This document shows positions 1 through 8,886 of a DNA stretch of 41,797 nucleotides, piece after piece (positions within the stretch are counted from its first letter, which is position 1; the number at the start of each line of letters is the position of its first letter). The notes under the pieces were generated by a model. That model was given only the letters and a program-made list of their open reading frames with translations, had not been told where the DNA came from and did no database searches. The DNA is from Candidatus Pacearchaeota archaeon (GTDB taxonomy: Archaea; Nanobdellota; Nanobdellia; Pacearchaeales; GW2011-AR1). The stretch lies in the NCBI GenBank assembly GCA_018304055.1, contig JAGVWY010000001.1, positions 1 to 41,797 on the forward strand, written 5' to 3'. The position numbers and the translations under genes are program-made.

Positions 1-112
1 TAACCCTATTAAGATATTTCCAAGAAGCCTGCGTTCCAATATAGTGCTCACTCTTCAAATCTTGAATTGCTTTTAATTTTCCTTCTAAATTTTTTCTTTT
101 TTCTTCATCCAT
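1..112 (-). CDS. hypothetical protein, 5' part only (runs off the window start)
   Basis: Own minus-strand translation: ATG at 112-110, then MDEEKRKNLEGKLKAIQDLKSEHYIGTQASWKYLNRV..., open to position 1. It starts 3 nt after the stop of the signal peptidase gene (115-117), so it looks co-transcribed. No family recognised. Confidence 0.4.
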   Translation of the reverse strand, partial: MDEEKRKNLEGKLKAIQDLKSEHYIGTQASWKYLNRV

Positions 113-114
113 CC

Positions 115-612
115 TCAATAAATTATCCCAATAGTTTTATATTCAATGTCTTTAAATCGTATCTTTCCATCACTAACAAAATTATTATCTCCTTTGGTTA
201 TAAAATAAACTCCATTATTATCAATACCTTTCTCAATAACTCTGTGGATAATAAGCAAGTTTCCTTCTTTAAAAGTTATTATATCTCCTATGTTTATGTC
301 ATCTTCAGAAACTGGTTTAATTCTTATTCCATTGCTCGAATGATCAAATAAAGGTTTCATGCTTCCTGTTGGAGCATATTTCGATAAGCTGGCATTTTCT
401 ACTTCAATAACTATTTTATCACTATAAACTTTTATATTATTTTCAGAAATAAAATCACTTGGAGCCGGAGTATCATTTACAGGCGAGAGATTAGCTATAA
501 AAGGTATTTCTAATCCAGATATACTATAAAAGCTAAGAAAGCTAAGAAGTAAAGCACATAAAGCTCCTAGAAAAAAGAACATTGTATAATCAATGATTGT
601 TGCAAGATTCAT
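115..612 (-). CDS. signal peptidase I, archaeal/Sec11-type (S26B)
   Basis: N-terminal TM helix (IIDYTMFFFLGALCALLLSFLSF), then PTGSMKP (Ser box), LLIIHRV (His box) and ITKGDNN. Start taken at internal ATG 612 (MNLATIID) rather than the track start at 678. Confidence 0.85.
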   Translation of the reverse strand: MNLATIIDYTMFFFLGALCALLLSFLSFYSISGLEIPFIANLSPVNDTPAPSDFISENNIKVYSDKIVIEVENASLSKYAPTGSMKPLFDHSSNGIRIKPVSEDDINIGDIITFKEGNLLIIHRVIEKGIDNNGVYFITKGDNNFVSDGKIRFKDIEYKTIGIIY

Positions 613-1003
613 TTTTATCTCCTTTTGAAAGATATTCACTAAGTTTTCTCCATTTAGAAAGATCAGCTCTATATACAAATGTTCCTTCTTGTAAACCTCT
701 ACTTTTTTTTGTCATCTCTTTTCTGAGGACCAAACCTTCGTCAGCTAAATAATCCAGCGATTTTTTTATACCCGCCTTTAATATTACCTCAATCTCAAGG
801 ATATAACCTCTTCTATAAACCTCACTTAAAACTATTGTAGGATCAAAATATTTAGTAGGAGTATTTTTAGTAAGTTCAATTAAAGATTCTAATACGGCTT
901 GATTATAAGTTAATTCGCTATTAATGATTCTCATGTATAATGCTATAGAATTATATTTAAAAAACTTTGTATTGTAATAATTATCTAGTAATGACACAAT
1001 CAA
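590..1003 (-). CDS. hypothetical protein, possibly winged-helix
   Basis: Track ORF. The segment SLDYLADEGLVLRKE...GTFVYR resembles a wHTH recognition helix plus wing. Alternative start ATG 934 (MRIINSE). Divergent from the TrmB gene at 1072. Confidence 0.55.
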   Translation of the reverse strand: MIVSLLDNYYNTKFFKYNSIALYMRIINSELTYNQAVLESLIELTKNTPTKYFDPTIVLSEVYRRGYILEIEVILKAGIKKSLDYLADEGLVLRKEMTKKSRGLQEGTFVYRADLSKWRKLSEYLSKGDKNESCNNH

Positions 1004-1071
1004 AAGATTTATAAACCTATAGTTCTAAATATAACTACTATAAAATGACATTCAATCAAAAGAATTAAAAA

Positions 1072-1848
1072 ATGATAATGAAAACAGAACTTATAAAGCA
1101 AGTAAAAGATTATTTTGATCTGAATATATACGAAACAAAGGTATGGCTTGCATTGTTAGCAAAAGGAATAGCAAGTGCTGGAGAAGTTGCAGAAATGTCA
1201 GGGGTTCCGAGGTCAAGAACATACGATGTTTTAGAAAGTCTTGAAAAAAGAGGATTTGCGATAATGAAACTCGGAAAACCAGTCAAATATATCGCTGTTA
1301 AACCTAACATAGTCATAGAAAAATTAAAATCAAAAACAATAAATGAAGCAAACGAAAAAGTGTCAAGCATATCAAAGTTAAAAGAAACAGATGAATACCA
1401 AGAATTAGAACATTTGTATGTTACAGGAATAAAACCAATTAAGCGGGAAGATATATCTGCATCATTAAGAGGAAAATCCATCATTTACAATCATATTAAA
1501 GAATTATTAGAAAATGCTGGAAAAGAAGTTACTATCTGCAGTTCTGCCCAAGAAGTAATGTCAAAAGCTCGATTTTTTTCTTTGATATTTGAAAAACTGA
1601 AGAAATCAAAGATAAAAATGAAAATAGCCTTATCTGGAGATGAAAAAGAAATAGAAAAAATTAACAAAAAATTCAAAATAAAAGTACAACCTATTACTAT
1701 AGATTCACGATTTTTCATTATAGATAATGAACAAGTTGTTTTCATTATAGCAAACTCAAATCTTCCAGAAGAAGAAATAGCCATTTGGCTTAACACGCCT
1801 TTTTTTGCAAGTGCTTTATCATTTTTATTTGATGCTGCAGTGAAATAA
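1072..1848 (+). CDS. TrmB family transcriptional regulator
   Basis: TrmB-type N-terminal wHTH: YETKVWLALLAKGIASAGEVAEMSGVPRSRTYDVLESLEKRGF. Length about 255 aa with a C-terminal sensor-like domain. Confidence 0.85.
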   Translation: MIMKTELIKQVKDYFDLNIYETKVWLALLAKGIASAGEVAEMSGVPRSRTYDVLESLEKRGFAIMKLGKPVKYIAVKPNIVIEKLKSKTINEANEKVSSISKLKETDEYQELEHLYVTGIKPIKREDISASLRGKSIIYNHIKELLENAGKEVTICSSAQEVMSKARFFSLIFEKLKKSKIKMKIALSGDEKEIEKINKKFKIKVQPITIDSRFFIIDNEQVVFIIANSNLPEEEIAIWLNTPFFASALSFLFDAAVK

Positions 1849-1957
1849 AATTATAGTGAACGCAAAAAATTTTCGTAATTTTTTGACGTTTCCTAAATAG
1901 ACAAACGCATAAATTCATTGCGAACATTAAACGCGTTTGCTATAATAAAGATAAAAA

Positions 1958-2260
1958 ATGAAACAACAAACAAAAATCAAAGGAAGATATAGAAATGTAA
2001 TCCCTATTACTTTTAATGTTGATTATCCAAGAAATATCGAGGTTATGGTTGATACTTCAAAAAGTTGGAAAATAGAAACTTTTAAACCAAATGGTTCTTA
2101 TATGACAGATGCAGATAAAGAACTCTTTATGTTAGGGGATGAAAGAGTTACAATTAATGGAATCCTTGGAAGAGTTGAATATGTTAAAGTTAGCGATGAT
2201 TACACTGATAATCAAAAGCTTAGAGCGCTAAAATATGAAAGAGCTAACCAAAGCATATAA
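1958..2260 (+). CDS. small hypothetical protein (family S1, copy a)
   Basis: Track ORF. Paralog of 2340..2678: NVDYPRNIEVMVD...ELFMLGDERVTINGILGRVEY versus NVSIGYPRSLEVTVE...RLFTLGADRVVVDGIFGRKAY. Confidence 0.65.
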   Translation: MKQQTKIKGRYRNVIPITFNVDYPRNIEVMVDTSKSWKIETFKPNGSYMTDADKELFMLGDERVTINGILGRVEYVKVSDDYTDNQKLRALKYERANQSI

Positions 2261-2339
2261 ATTATTAAAAATGTTTAAAATAAATAATATAAAGAAGATA
2301 AATAATAAAATAATTAATGTAAGGAGGTAAAATAAGAGA

Positions 2340-2678
2340 ATGACAGAAAAATATCCAAATTGGAATTATAAGGTAGAGAAGATTTATCCATTACCAAGAA
2401 AGGCAGAATATTCTAATATCCTAAATGTATCAATTGGTTATCCAAGAAGTTTAGAGGTTACAGTTGAAGAAGGAAGAGAAAGAACCTTCAATGCAGAGAC
2501 TACTTTTACACCATTAACAGATTCTCAAAGAAGGCTTTTTACATTAGGAGCTGATAGAGTAGTTGTTGATGGAATATTCGGAAGAAAAGCTTATAGGAAA
2601 ACAAGAGACGAAGCTTATTCAGCTGCTGACGGAACACCGCAGAGAACGCTTGCTTATGTAGTTGAAGAGAAAAAGTAA
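2340..2678 (+). CDS. small hypothetical protein (family S1, copy b)
   Basis: Strong SD (taaggaggtaa) 9 nt upstream of the ATG. Paralog of 1958..2260. Confidence 0.7.
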   Translation: MTEKYPNWNYKVEKIYPLPRKAEYSNILNVSIGYPRSLEVTVEEGRERTFNAETTFTPLTDSQRRLFTLGADRVVVDGIFGRKAYRKTRDEAYSAADGTPQRTLAYVVEEKK

Positions 2679-2698
2679 TTGTAAGGAGGTAACGGAAA

Positions 2699-2971
2699 AT
2701 GACAGAACAAAGAACAATAGATGATATAGAATTAAGAGATAGATTAAGAAACCTCGAAAGTTTAGGAGTAGAAATACCTTCAATGAGATACTCAATTAAT
2801 AAACCAACTTACTTGAGAACAACAAGTGACGGTTTAGAGATTTATCTTCATGGTAATGAAAAAGTTATAGTTGGACCAGGAGAAGTCATAGATTCTCATG
2901 GAAATGTTGTTAATTTATCAGCTCTTGAAAGACAGGTCAGAATAATTTATCATCAATTTAAGAATGAATGA
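2699..2971 (+). CDS. small hypothetical protein (family S2, copy a)
   Basis: SD taaggaggtaa upstream. Paralog of 2990..3220: GLEIYLHGNEKVIVGPGEVIDSHGNVVNLSALE versus GNEIYMHEERLVEVRAGEIIDSHGNIFDLRALL. Confidence 0.7.
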   Translation: MTEQRTIDDIELRDRLRNLESLGVEIPSMRYSINKPTYLRTTSDGLEIYLHGNEKVIVGPGEVIDSHGNVVNLSALERQVRIIYHQFKNE

Positions 2972-2989
2972 AAGTAGGTAAAATAAGAA

Positions 2990-3220
2990 ATGAAAGGAAA
3001 AAGATATGCGTGGAAATATATAGAGCATAGATTAGGTTATGGATTCTCCCAACCCTCTGTGGAAATTCCTCAATATATCGGGGAAACTGACCTTGGAAAT
3101 GAAATTTATATGCATGAAGAAAGATTAGTTGAGGTTAGAGCTGGTGAAATTATTGATAGTCATGGAAATATTTTTGATTTAAGAGCATTATTATTGACAA
3201 GGTTAATAAGGGGATATTAA
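2990..3220 (+). CDS. small hypothetical protein (family S2, copy b)
   Basis: Track ORF, 18 nt after the previous stop. Paralog of 2699..2971. Confidence 0.65.
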   Translation: MKGKRYAWKYIEHRLGYGFSQPSVEIPQYIGETDLGNEIYMHEERLVEVRAGEIIDSHGNIFDLRALLLTRLIRGY

Positions 3221-3276
3221 GAAGATAAAATTACAAAATATCATTTAAGAAATAAATTGCAAGAAAGTAAAAAAAC

Positions 3277-3447
3277 ATGCACGAAAGATACCCTATAAAA
3301 TACGAGAACACTAATCCAATAAGTAGAAATGAAAGAGAAGAAAACATAAGAAAAATGAGAAAGTTGGAAAGAGATTATAGAGACGGAAATTACAATAATA
3401 ACCTTGTTGAACGACTAAGAGAATTGTATAAAGATTCAATAAATTAA
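3277..3447 (+). CDS. small hypothetical protein (56 aa, not in the ORF track)
   Basis: Own translation: MHERYPIKYENTNPISRNEREENIRKMRKLERDYRDGNYNNNLVERLRELYKDSIN. It fills the only gap in the same-strand small-gene cluster. Confidence 0.4.
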   Translation: MHERYPIKYENTNPISRNEREENIRKMRKLERDYRDGNYNNNLVERLRELYKDSIN

Positions 3448-3493
3448 CTATCTAAATTAAGAAATAAATAAAGTTACAAGGTAAGATAATCAA

Positions 3494-3724
3494 ATGACAC
3501 ATATTTTATATGATGGAAGTAAATTTTACGGGTCAACAAATTATCCTAGAGAAAGAAAAACACCTATTACAATAGATGAACTTCCAATTGAATTTGAGAC
3601 AGGTACTAGAGTAGAACTTGATTCTTTTGGCTGGATTATTTTTACGAGGAATGTTCCACGCAATCAATTTATTAGATCATGTGAAAGATATTATGGTCTT
3701 AAATCTAGAAGTGATAAAAATTAA
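3494..3724 (+). CDS. small hypothetical protein
   Basis: Track ORF in the same-strand cluster. The NYPRERKTPITIDE segment loosely recalls the YPR..EV motif of family S1. Confidence 0.55.
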   Translation: MTHILYDGSKFYGSTNYPRERKTPITIDELPIEFETGTRVELDSFGWIIFTRNVPRNQFIRSCERYYGLKSRSDKN

Positions 3725-3746
3725 AAAAATTACATAAAAAAATGAA

Positions 3747-4148
3747 ATGATAACTGAAAGAAATTATGCTCATCGTGGAAGAGAAACCTTGGTTAATTAT
3801 AGTTCAGCAAACGGAGAAAAAACAAGAGTAGATATTATTCCTGGTAAGAGATCTTTTAAAATTTCCACTACTTCTGTAGGAATATATTCTAATAACTCAC
3901 TTGTAGGATCTTACCAATGGGATGGATTACAAGTTCCTGATTGTTTTATATCTAAAATTGAAGAACTTGCTTCAACAGGAACAAATGCTAAAGATATGTT
4001 TGATGAATTACATCAATTTAATACCGCTGTTGAAGAAGCAGATAGAATAGACCAAGAAAATGATAGAAGAAATCCAGATTATATTCCTCTGCTTCATGAA
4101 TTAAGTGGATTTCTTATTGATGAAAAACATATCAGAAAAAATTTTTGA
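3747..4148 (+). CDS. small hypothetical protein
   Basis: Track ORF, last gene of the cluster. No motif recognised. Confidence 0.6.
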   Translation: MITERNYAHRGRETLVNYSSANGEKTRVDIIPGKRSFKISTTSVGIYSNNSLVGSYQWDGLQVPDCFISKIEELASTGTNAKDMFDELHQFNTAVEEADRIDQENDRRNPDYIPLLHELSGFLIDEKHIRKNF

Positions 4149-4158
4149 TAAGAGAATC

Positions 4159-5421
4159 TCACTTTTTTCTTAAATAAGTTATCCCCATTTCTTTTATTAT
4201 TTTTTTATATTTTTTCTTAAAATTTGAAAACCATTCATCAAATTTTACATTATGTTTTATTGCAGCATAAACAAAATCCCCTTTAATAAAAGCATTGGAA
4301 TGAACTTTTTTAAATTTTTCAACATTCATCTTGTTTTCTAACGCAGGCCCTTTCACAATCTCATCATTTCTTTTATCCAATAAAAAATAAAAATTTGCTT
4401 TATTACTTTCCTCATTATACTCAAAATCATTCTTTTTAACCCTAAATTCTTTTTTTAATTGTCTTAAAAAAAATTCATAAAATTTTTTGCTTTTCGTTCC
4501 TGCAATATCCCCAACCTGCTTGTTTGTCTTTACTGAAATTATCTTAACTTGCTTAAATTTTTTAAATTCATCAGAAATATTTTTCTGCACAAAAAAACTT
4601 CTACTCGGTTTATTCAAAAAATCTTTACATGCCTTTTTAAATCTCAAAAAAGTTTCCTTGCTTAAGCTTGAAAGAGCGTTTCTTTCTTTAAATGTAGGGT
4701 CTATTAAAATAATAGGAGATTGCCTCTTAGCAAAATTCAGATTTTTCAATAGTTCTTCTTTACTGCTATAAAAATGAGCATCATCTATAATTAATTTCTC
4801 GTTATCTTTTAATTGCGAGATTTCCTGCATTAAATTTAATAAAGTTTTATAATGGCATATTAACAATTCCAAAGCATAACCAGAAAATCCTTTAATATAA
4901 CTTTCAGCTCCATAAACATTTTGCGCGTAACAAAAATTTTTTGCTAAAATTATCTCATTTTTTAATTTCTCGTCATTTTTTATTTTTTCTAGAACATACT
5001 TTACATGAAAATAGCTCAAATCAGTAACATTTTCTGCTTCTCCAGGCTTCTCAATTTTCAAGACAGGAATAACTTCTATAAGAATATTTTCTATTTCATT
5101 TTGAAAATAATCTCTAGAACCATGAACCTTCTTAAATTTTTTATCTAAAATTTTTCCAAGTATATCCGATATTTCCTCATCTTTATTACCCTGAAATCTC
5201 ACAAAAACATCTATGTCATAAATATTTTTATGAACAAGCGTTCCTTTAGCAACGCTTCCTCCCAAAAAAACATCTGCTTTAATTTCATTTTTAATTAAAT
5301 TGTCATTAATCTTTCTACAGAACTCATCAGAAGTTTTATTAATTTTTCTTAGCATTTCTTCAGAAGGCTTTATTAATTGCAATTGTTCATTAAAAATTTT
5401 TTCAGTTTTTTTTGATTTCAT
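4159..5421 (-). CDS. cca: CCA-adding tRNA nucleotidyltransferase, archaeal class I
   Basis: Class I nucleotidyltransferase signature GGSVAKGTLVHKNIYDIDVFVRF near the N-terminus, length about 420 aa. Start taken at ATG 5421 (MKSKKTEK). Confidence 0.8.
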   Translation of the reverse strand: MKSKKTEKIFNEQLQLIKPSEEMLRKINKTSDEFCRKINDNLIKNEIKADVFLGGSVAKGTLVHKNIYDIDVFVRFQGNKDEEISDILGKILDKKFKKVHGSRDYFQNEIENILIEVIPVLKIEKPGEAENVTDLSYFHVKYVLEKIKNDEKLKNEIILAKNFCYAQNVYGAESYIKGFSGYALELLICHYKTLLNLMQEISQLKDNEKLIIDDAHFYSSKEELLKNLNFAKRQSPIILIDPTFKERNALSSLSKETFLRFKKACKDFLNKPSRSFFVQKNISDEFKKFKQVKIISVKTNKQVGDIAGTKSKKFYEFFLRQLKKEFRVKKNDFEYNEESNKANFYFLLDKRNDEIVKGPALENKMNVEKFKKVHSNAFIKGDFVYAAIKHNVKFDEWFSNFKKKYKKIIKEMGITYLRKK

Positions 5422-5500
5422 GTAATAAAGAATTAAAAACATTATTTAAATCTGTTCATTCTTTTTCGTTCAAATATCAAAATCAAATGTCAAAATATAA

Positions 5501-5580
5501 CGCCCTGTGTAGGAATCGAACCTACGCGTCTAAAAGACATCAATTTCCAATCGATTGCAATACCACTATGCGAACAGGGC
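5501..5580 (-). tRNA. tRNA-Ser (anticodon GGA), long variable arm, no encoded CCA
   Basis: Hand fold of the minus strand: GCCCTGT TC GCAT AGTGGTA TTGC A ATCGA TTGGAAA TTGAT GTCTTTTAGACGC GTAGG TTCGATT CCTAC ACAGGGC G. It has a 7-bp acceptor stem, U8, A14, GG in the D loop, U33, A37, a 13-nt variable arm and a TTCGATT T loop. Confidence 0.9.
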
Positions 5581-5629
5581 ATGAAATAGAAAGATGTAAT
5601 TCCTTTTAATAGATTTTTGTTTTAATGGA

Positions 5630-6541
5630 TTACTCATCTCCCAAATATCTATCAGCATCTAATGCAGCCATGCAACCAAATCCTGCTGCAGTTACTGCCT
5701 GCCTATAATTGTAATCATGAACATCTCCTGCTGCAAAAACTCCTTTAACACTGGTCTCTGTTTTGTTCTTTAATGCTATATAACCTTTTTTATCTAGTTT
5801 AATTTGCCCTTTAAATAGCTCAGTGTTAGGAATATGCCCTATAGCAATGAAAATTCCTCCTACTTTCATAATCTCTTTTTTATTTGTTTTATTATTAATA
5901 ACAATAATTTCCTGTACTTTCGCATCTCCTTTTATTTCCTTAACCTCGGTATTCCAGTGAAATTTTATTTTTTTAATCTTAAATGCCTTTTCTTGCATTA
6001 TTTTGCTTGCTTTCAATTTATCTCTTCTATGAATAACATGAACCTCCTTTGCATATTGTGAAAGAAAAATTGATTCTTCCATAGCAGCATCTCCGCCACC
6101 AACAACTGCTAATATTTCATTTTTAAATAAAGGTCCATCACAAACAGCGCAATAGCTCACTCCTCTACCTGAATATTCTTTTTCTCCTTTTATCTCCAGT
6201 TTTCTATAATCTGCCCCTGTAGCAATAATAACTGCCTTACCTTGATATTCTTTATTTTTTGTAAAAACTTTAAATGGTTTTGTTTTAAAATCAACCTTGA
6301 CTATTCTATCGTCAACTATCTCTGCTTCTGATCGTTCAGTTTGCTTTCTCATTACGTCCATTAATTCAGGCCCAAGAATTCCTTTTTCAAATCCTGGATA
6401 ATTTTCAACAATAGTAGTGCCAACTAATTGTCCTCCTGGCAACAAACCGCTAAATAAAATTGTTTTCCTTCTTGCACGACTTGCATATATACCAGCAGTA
6501 TAACCAGCAGGACCAGAACCAATAATAATTACATCATACAT
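5630..6541 (-). CDS. trxB: thioredoxin-disulfide reductase
   Basis: FAD site IIGSGPAGYTAGIYASRA, redox centre CAVCDG, NADPH site VVGGGDAAMEE, C-terminal GVFAAGDV. About 300 aa. Confidence 0.95.
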   Translation of the reverse strand: MYDVIIIGSGPAGYTAGIYASRARRKTILFSGLLPGGQLVGTTIVENYPGFEKGILGPELMDVMRKQTERSEAEIVDDRIVKVDFKTKPFKVFTKNKEYQGKAVIIATGADYRKLEIKGEKEYSGRGVSYCAVCDGPLFKNEILAVVGGGDAAMEESIFLSQYAKEVHVIHRRDKLKASKIMQEKAFKIKKIKFHWNTEVKEIKGDAKVQEIIVINNKTNKKEIMKVGGIFIAIGHIPNTELFKGQIKLDKKGYIALKNKTETSVKGVFAAGDVHDYNYRQAVTAAGFGCMAALDADRYLGDE

Positions 6542-6576
6542 AGTATATATGACAGAAGTATCATATATAAACCTTG

Positions 6577-7215
6577 CTATAAAATATTTTTAATTTTATT
6601 CTGATTTTTCACTCCATGTATTAACAAATGATGAAAATCATCTATATGATATTGTTTTACTTTTCCTTTTTTATCAATAATAAAACTACTAACCGCAGCA
6701 TTGCTTAAACCAAAAAGTCTTGCTTCTAAAATATCTAAGTTTAGGATAATAAGTATAAGATATCTTAGAAAAATCCCATGACTCACTACCAAAATAGAAC
6801 TATTCTTATGATTTTTTATCAATAAATTATAAAATTTTTTTGCCCTATTATATGTTTCTCTCATGCTTTCTCCTGCTTTTGGTTTAAAATCTACAATATG
6901 TTTCCCGGATTTAACTGCATCCTTAAAATAATTTTCCCAATCATCTTTTCCATATTTTCTATAAATTCCAATATCTTGCTCAACTATTTTTTTAGAATAA
7001 ATTAAAGGCACATTTTTTACATAAGGTTTAATTTCTCCTAAAGTTTCTTTAGCTCGTTCTAAAGTGCTGCAATAAATTTTATCAAGTTTAACATTATGAA
7101 AATATTTTCCTAGTCTTCTTGCTTGCTCTTTTCCATCTTCTGTTAATTTATCTTCGTGAGAATTATGGCCTGCATTTCTTTCTGATTTTGCATGTCTTAC
7201 TAAATAAAGTTTCAT
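6577..7215 (-). CDS. histidine phosphatase family protein (phosphoglycerate mutase-like)
   Basis: N-terminal LYLVRHAKSERN (RH catalytic motif) and later VVSHG. Confidence 0.8.
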   Translation of the reverse strand: MKLYLVRHAKSERNAGHNSHEDKLTEDGKEQARRLGKYFHNVKLDKIYCSTLERAKETLGEIKPYVKNVPLIYSKKIVEQDIGIYRKYGKDDWENYFKDAVKSGKHIVDFKPKAGESMRETYNRAKKFYNLLIKNHKNSSILVVSHGIFLRYLILIILNLDILEARLFGLSNAAVSSFIIDKKGKVKQYHIDDFHHLLIHGVKNQNKIKNIL

Positions 7216-7232
7216 ATGACAATAATTTAAAA

Positions 7233-7559
7233 TTATTTTATATATTCATTTATTTGTTTTATAATATTCTCATAAAAATTATTATTAATAGTACATAATT
7301 TTTTGATAATTATTCTTTTATCTATTGTAAATAATCTGTAGAGTCTTAATGCGCTCTTGAATGGTAATGTGCCTTCTTTAAAATTTTCTTTTTTGATTTC
7401 AATATCATCTGACCGTATATTAGAAGTTATTAAACAACAAATTCTATCATCTGATTTATTTAATTTTTGATTAGATATTATTAATGCCGGTCTTTTTTTA
7501 CTACCTGTCAAATCAGAATATGGAAAAGGTATTAAAATGATATCTTTTTGTTCATACAT
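7233..7559 (-). CDS. PemK/MazF-type toxin (type II TA)
   Basis: IILIPFPYSDLTGSKKRPALIIS is the typical MazF/PemK N-terminal beta-strand motif. The ATG at 7559 overlaps the upstream antitoxin stop by 8 nt. Confidence 0.8.
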   Translation of the reverse strand: MYEQKDIILIPFPYSDLTGSKKRPALIISNQKLNKSDDRICCLITSNIRSDDIEIKKENFKEGTLPFKSALRLYRLFTIDKRIIIKKLCTINNNFYENIIKQINEYIK

Positions 7560-7782
7560 TGTTCCACCTTTCATCTAGTTCATTATCCCAATCTTTTTTT
7601 AGAACTTTTTCAGAAGCTAGCATTGTTAGTATAGATTCTTTATTTTTATCTTTTTCTAATGACTCTAATTCTTCAACTCGCTTTTTAATCATTTTTCTAA
7701 CAAACTCACTCCACGTTACTTCTGAGTGTTTTTTCATTTTTTTATAAACTTCATCATCTATTGATAGCGTAATGTTCGTCAT
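7552..7782 (-). CDS. putative antitoxin, ribbon-helix-helix-like
   Basis: 76 aa. The N-terminal beta-strand-like ITLSIDDEVYKKMKK is followed by helices. It lies immediately upstream of, and overlaps, the MazF-like gene. Confidence 0.6.
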   Translation of the reverse strand: MTNITLSIDDEVYKKMKKHSEVTWSEFVRKMIKKRVEELESLEKDKNKESILTMLASEKVLKKDWDNELDERWNNV

Positions 7783-7816
7783 TATATATTAAGTGAGTTC
7801 ACTTATTTAAACCTTT

Positions 7817-8269
7817 TCATCTGCTTCCTAATTTATTTATCTTTTTTAATCGTCTTTTATGTTTTTCTTTATCAGAAAATTTTGTTTTGAGCCATTTTCT
7901 TATTGCTTTAATTGCTTCTTTTTCATTAAGGAATCGCGCTCCTAATGATAGTACATTAGCATTATTATGTTTTTTAGAAAGTTTAATTATTTTTAAACTG
8001 CCCCCATAATAAACGACGGCTCTAATTCCTTTAATTTTATTTGCAGTTATTGCCTCTCCCTGACCACTTCCACCAAAAACAATACCAAGAGCCTGTTTAT
8101 CTTTTGCTACTTTTCTTGCAACAGGAAGAACAAAATCTGGATAATCATCATCTTTGTTATATCCTATACTACCTAAATCTTCATACAATATTTTTTTCTT
8201 ATCCAAAAATGCTTTAATTTTCTGTTTTAAAATAAAGCCGGCATGATCGCTTCCAAGATAAATTCTCAT
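7817..8269 (-). CDS. rpiB: ribose-5-phosphate isomerase B
   Basis: MRIYLGSDHAGFILKQKI and GIVFGGSGQGEAITANK are typical of the RpiB/LacAB family. About 150 aa. Confidence 0.9.
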   Translation of the reverse strand: MRIYLGSDHAGFILKQKIKAFLDKKKILYEDLGSIGYNKDDDYPDFVLPVARKVAKDKQALGIVFGGSGQGEAITANKIKGIRAVVYYGGSLKIIKLSKKHNNANVLSLGARFLNEKEAIKAIRKWLKTKFSDKEKHKRRLKKINKLGSR

Positions 8270-8580
8270 TTTTTATATTTACTAAATAATTTAATTAGAA
8301 AACATGATAGTAAATAAGAAATGACAACATAAAATATAACTATATAAATGCTAATATCAAAAGTTGGATACACAAATTCAGATGATAAAATAGTTTTAAT
8401 TACATAAATAATCCCAGAAAATTTAAATTGATATTCTCCACAAGGAGGACATTCTGCTGGAGGTTCTCCACAAGGTTTACAAATAAAATTCTGCCATCCA
8501 AAAATAGGAAGAATTAATAGTAAAATTATGAATAAAATAAATTTTCCAAGTGTTGGTTTAAAAAATTCTTTCCACCCCAT
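8266..8580 (-). CDS. small membrane protein with Cys-rich loop
   Basis: Two hydrophobic helices flank CKPCGEPPAECPPCGE. Its stop overlaps the rpiB start by 4 nt. Confidence 0.55.
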   Translation of the reverse strand: MGWKEFFKPTLGKFILFIILLLILPIFGWQNFICKPCGEPPAECPPCGEYQFKFSGIIYVIKTILSSEFVYPTFDISIYIVIFYVVISYLLSCFLIKLFSKYKK

Positions 8581-8886
8581 TTTTTATCCTATTTATTATA
8601 TTGCTAAAGAATAAAATTTTATAAAGGTATGTGTTGAGAAAAAATTATCCAAAATGGATAATGCTTTATAAATAAATTTAAATAGATTCCAGTTCTCTAT
8701 GTTGTATGCTTAGAGAAAATAAAAACAGTAAAAATGATTTAGAAAATATGAACTTTAATCAAGTTTTAATTTATATTTAAGTTTTTGTATAATTTTCTTC
8801 AATACCTTGTGAACTTCACAAAATAAAAAGATTTATATAGTTAATTTATACCATATTAGTAAATAAATTACTAAAACAATATAAAA

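Noticed and set aside
5412-5609. 65-aa plus-strand ORF.
   Set aside because: It is the antisense of a well-folding tRNA-Ser gene (5501..5580).
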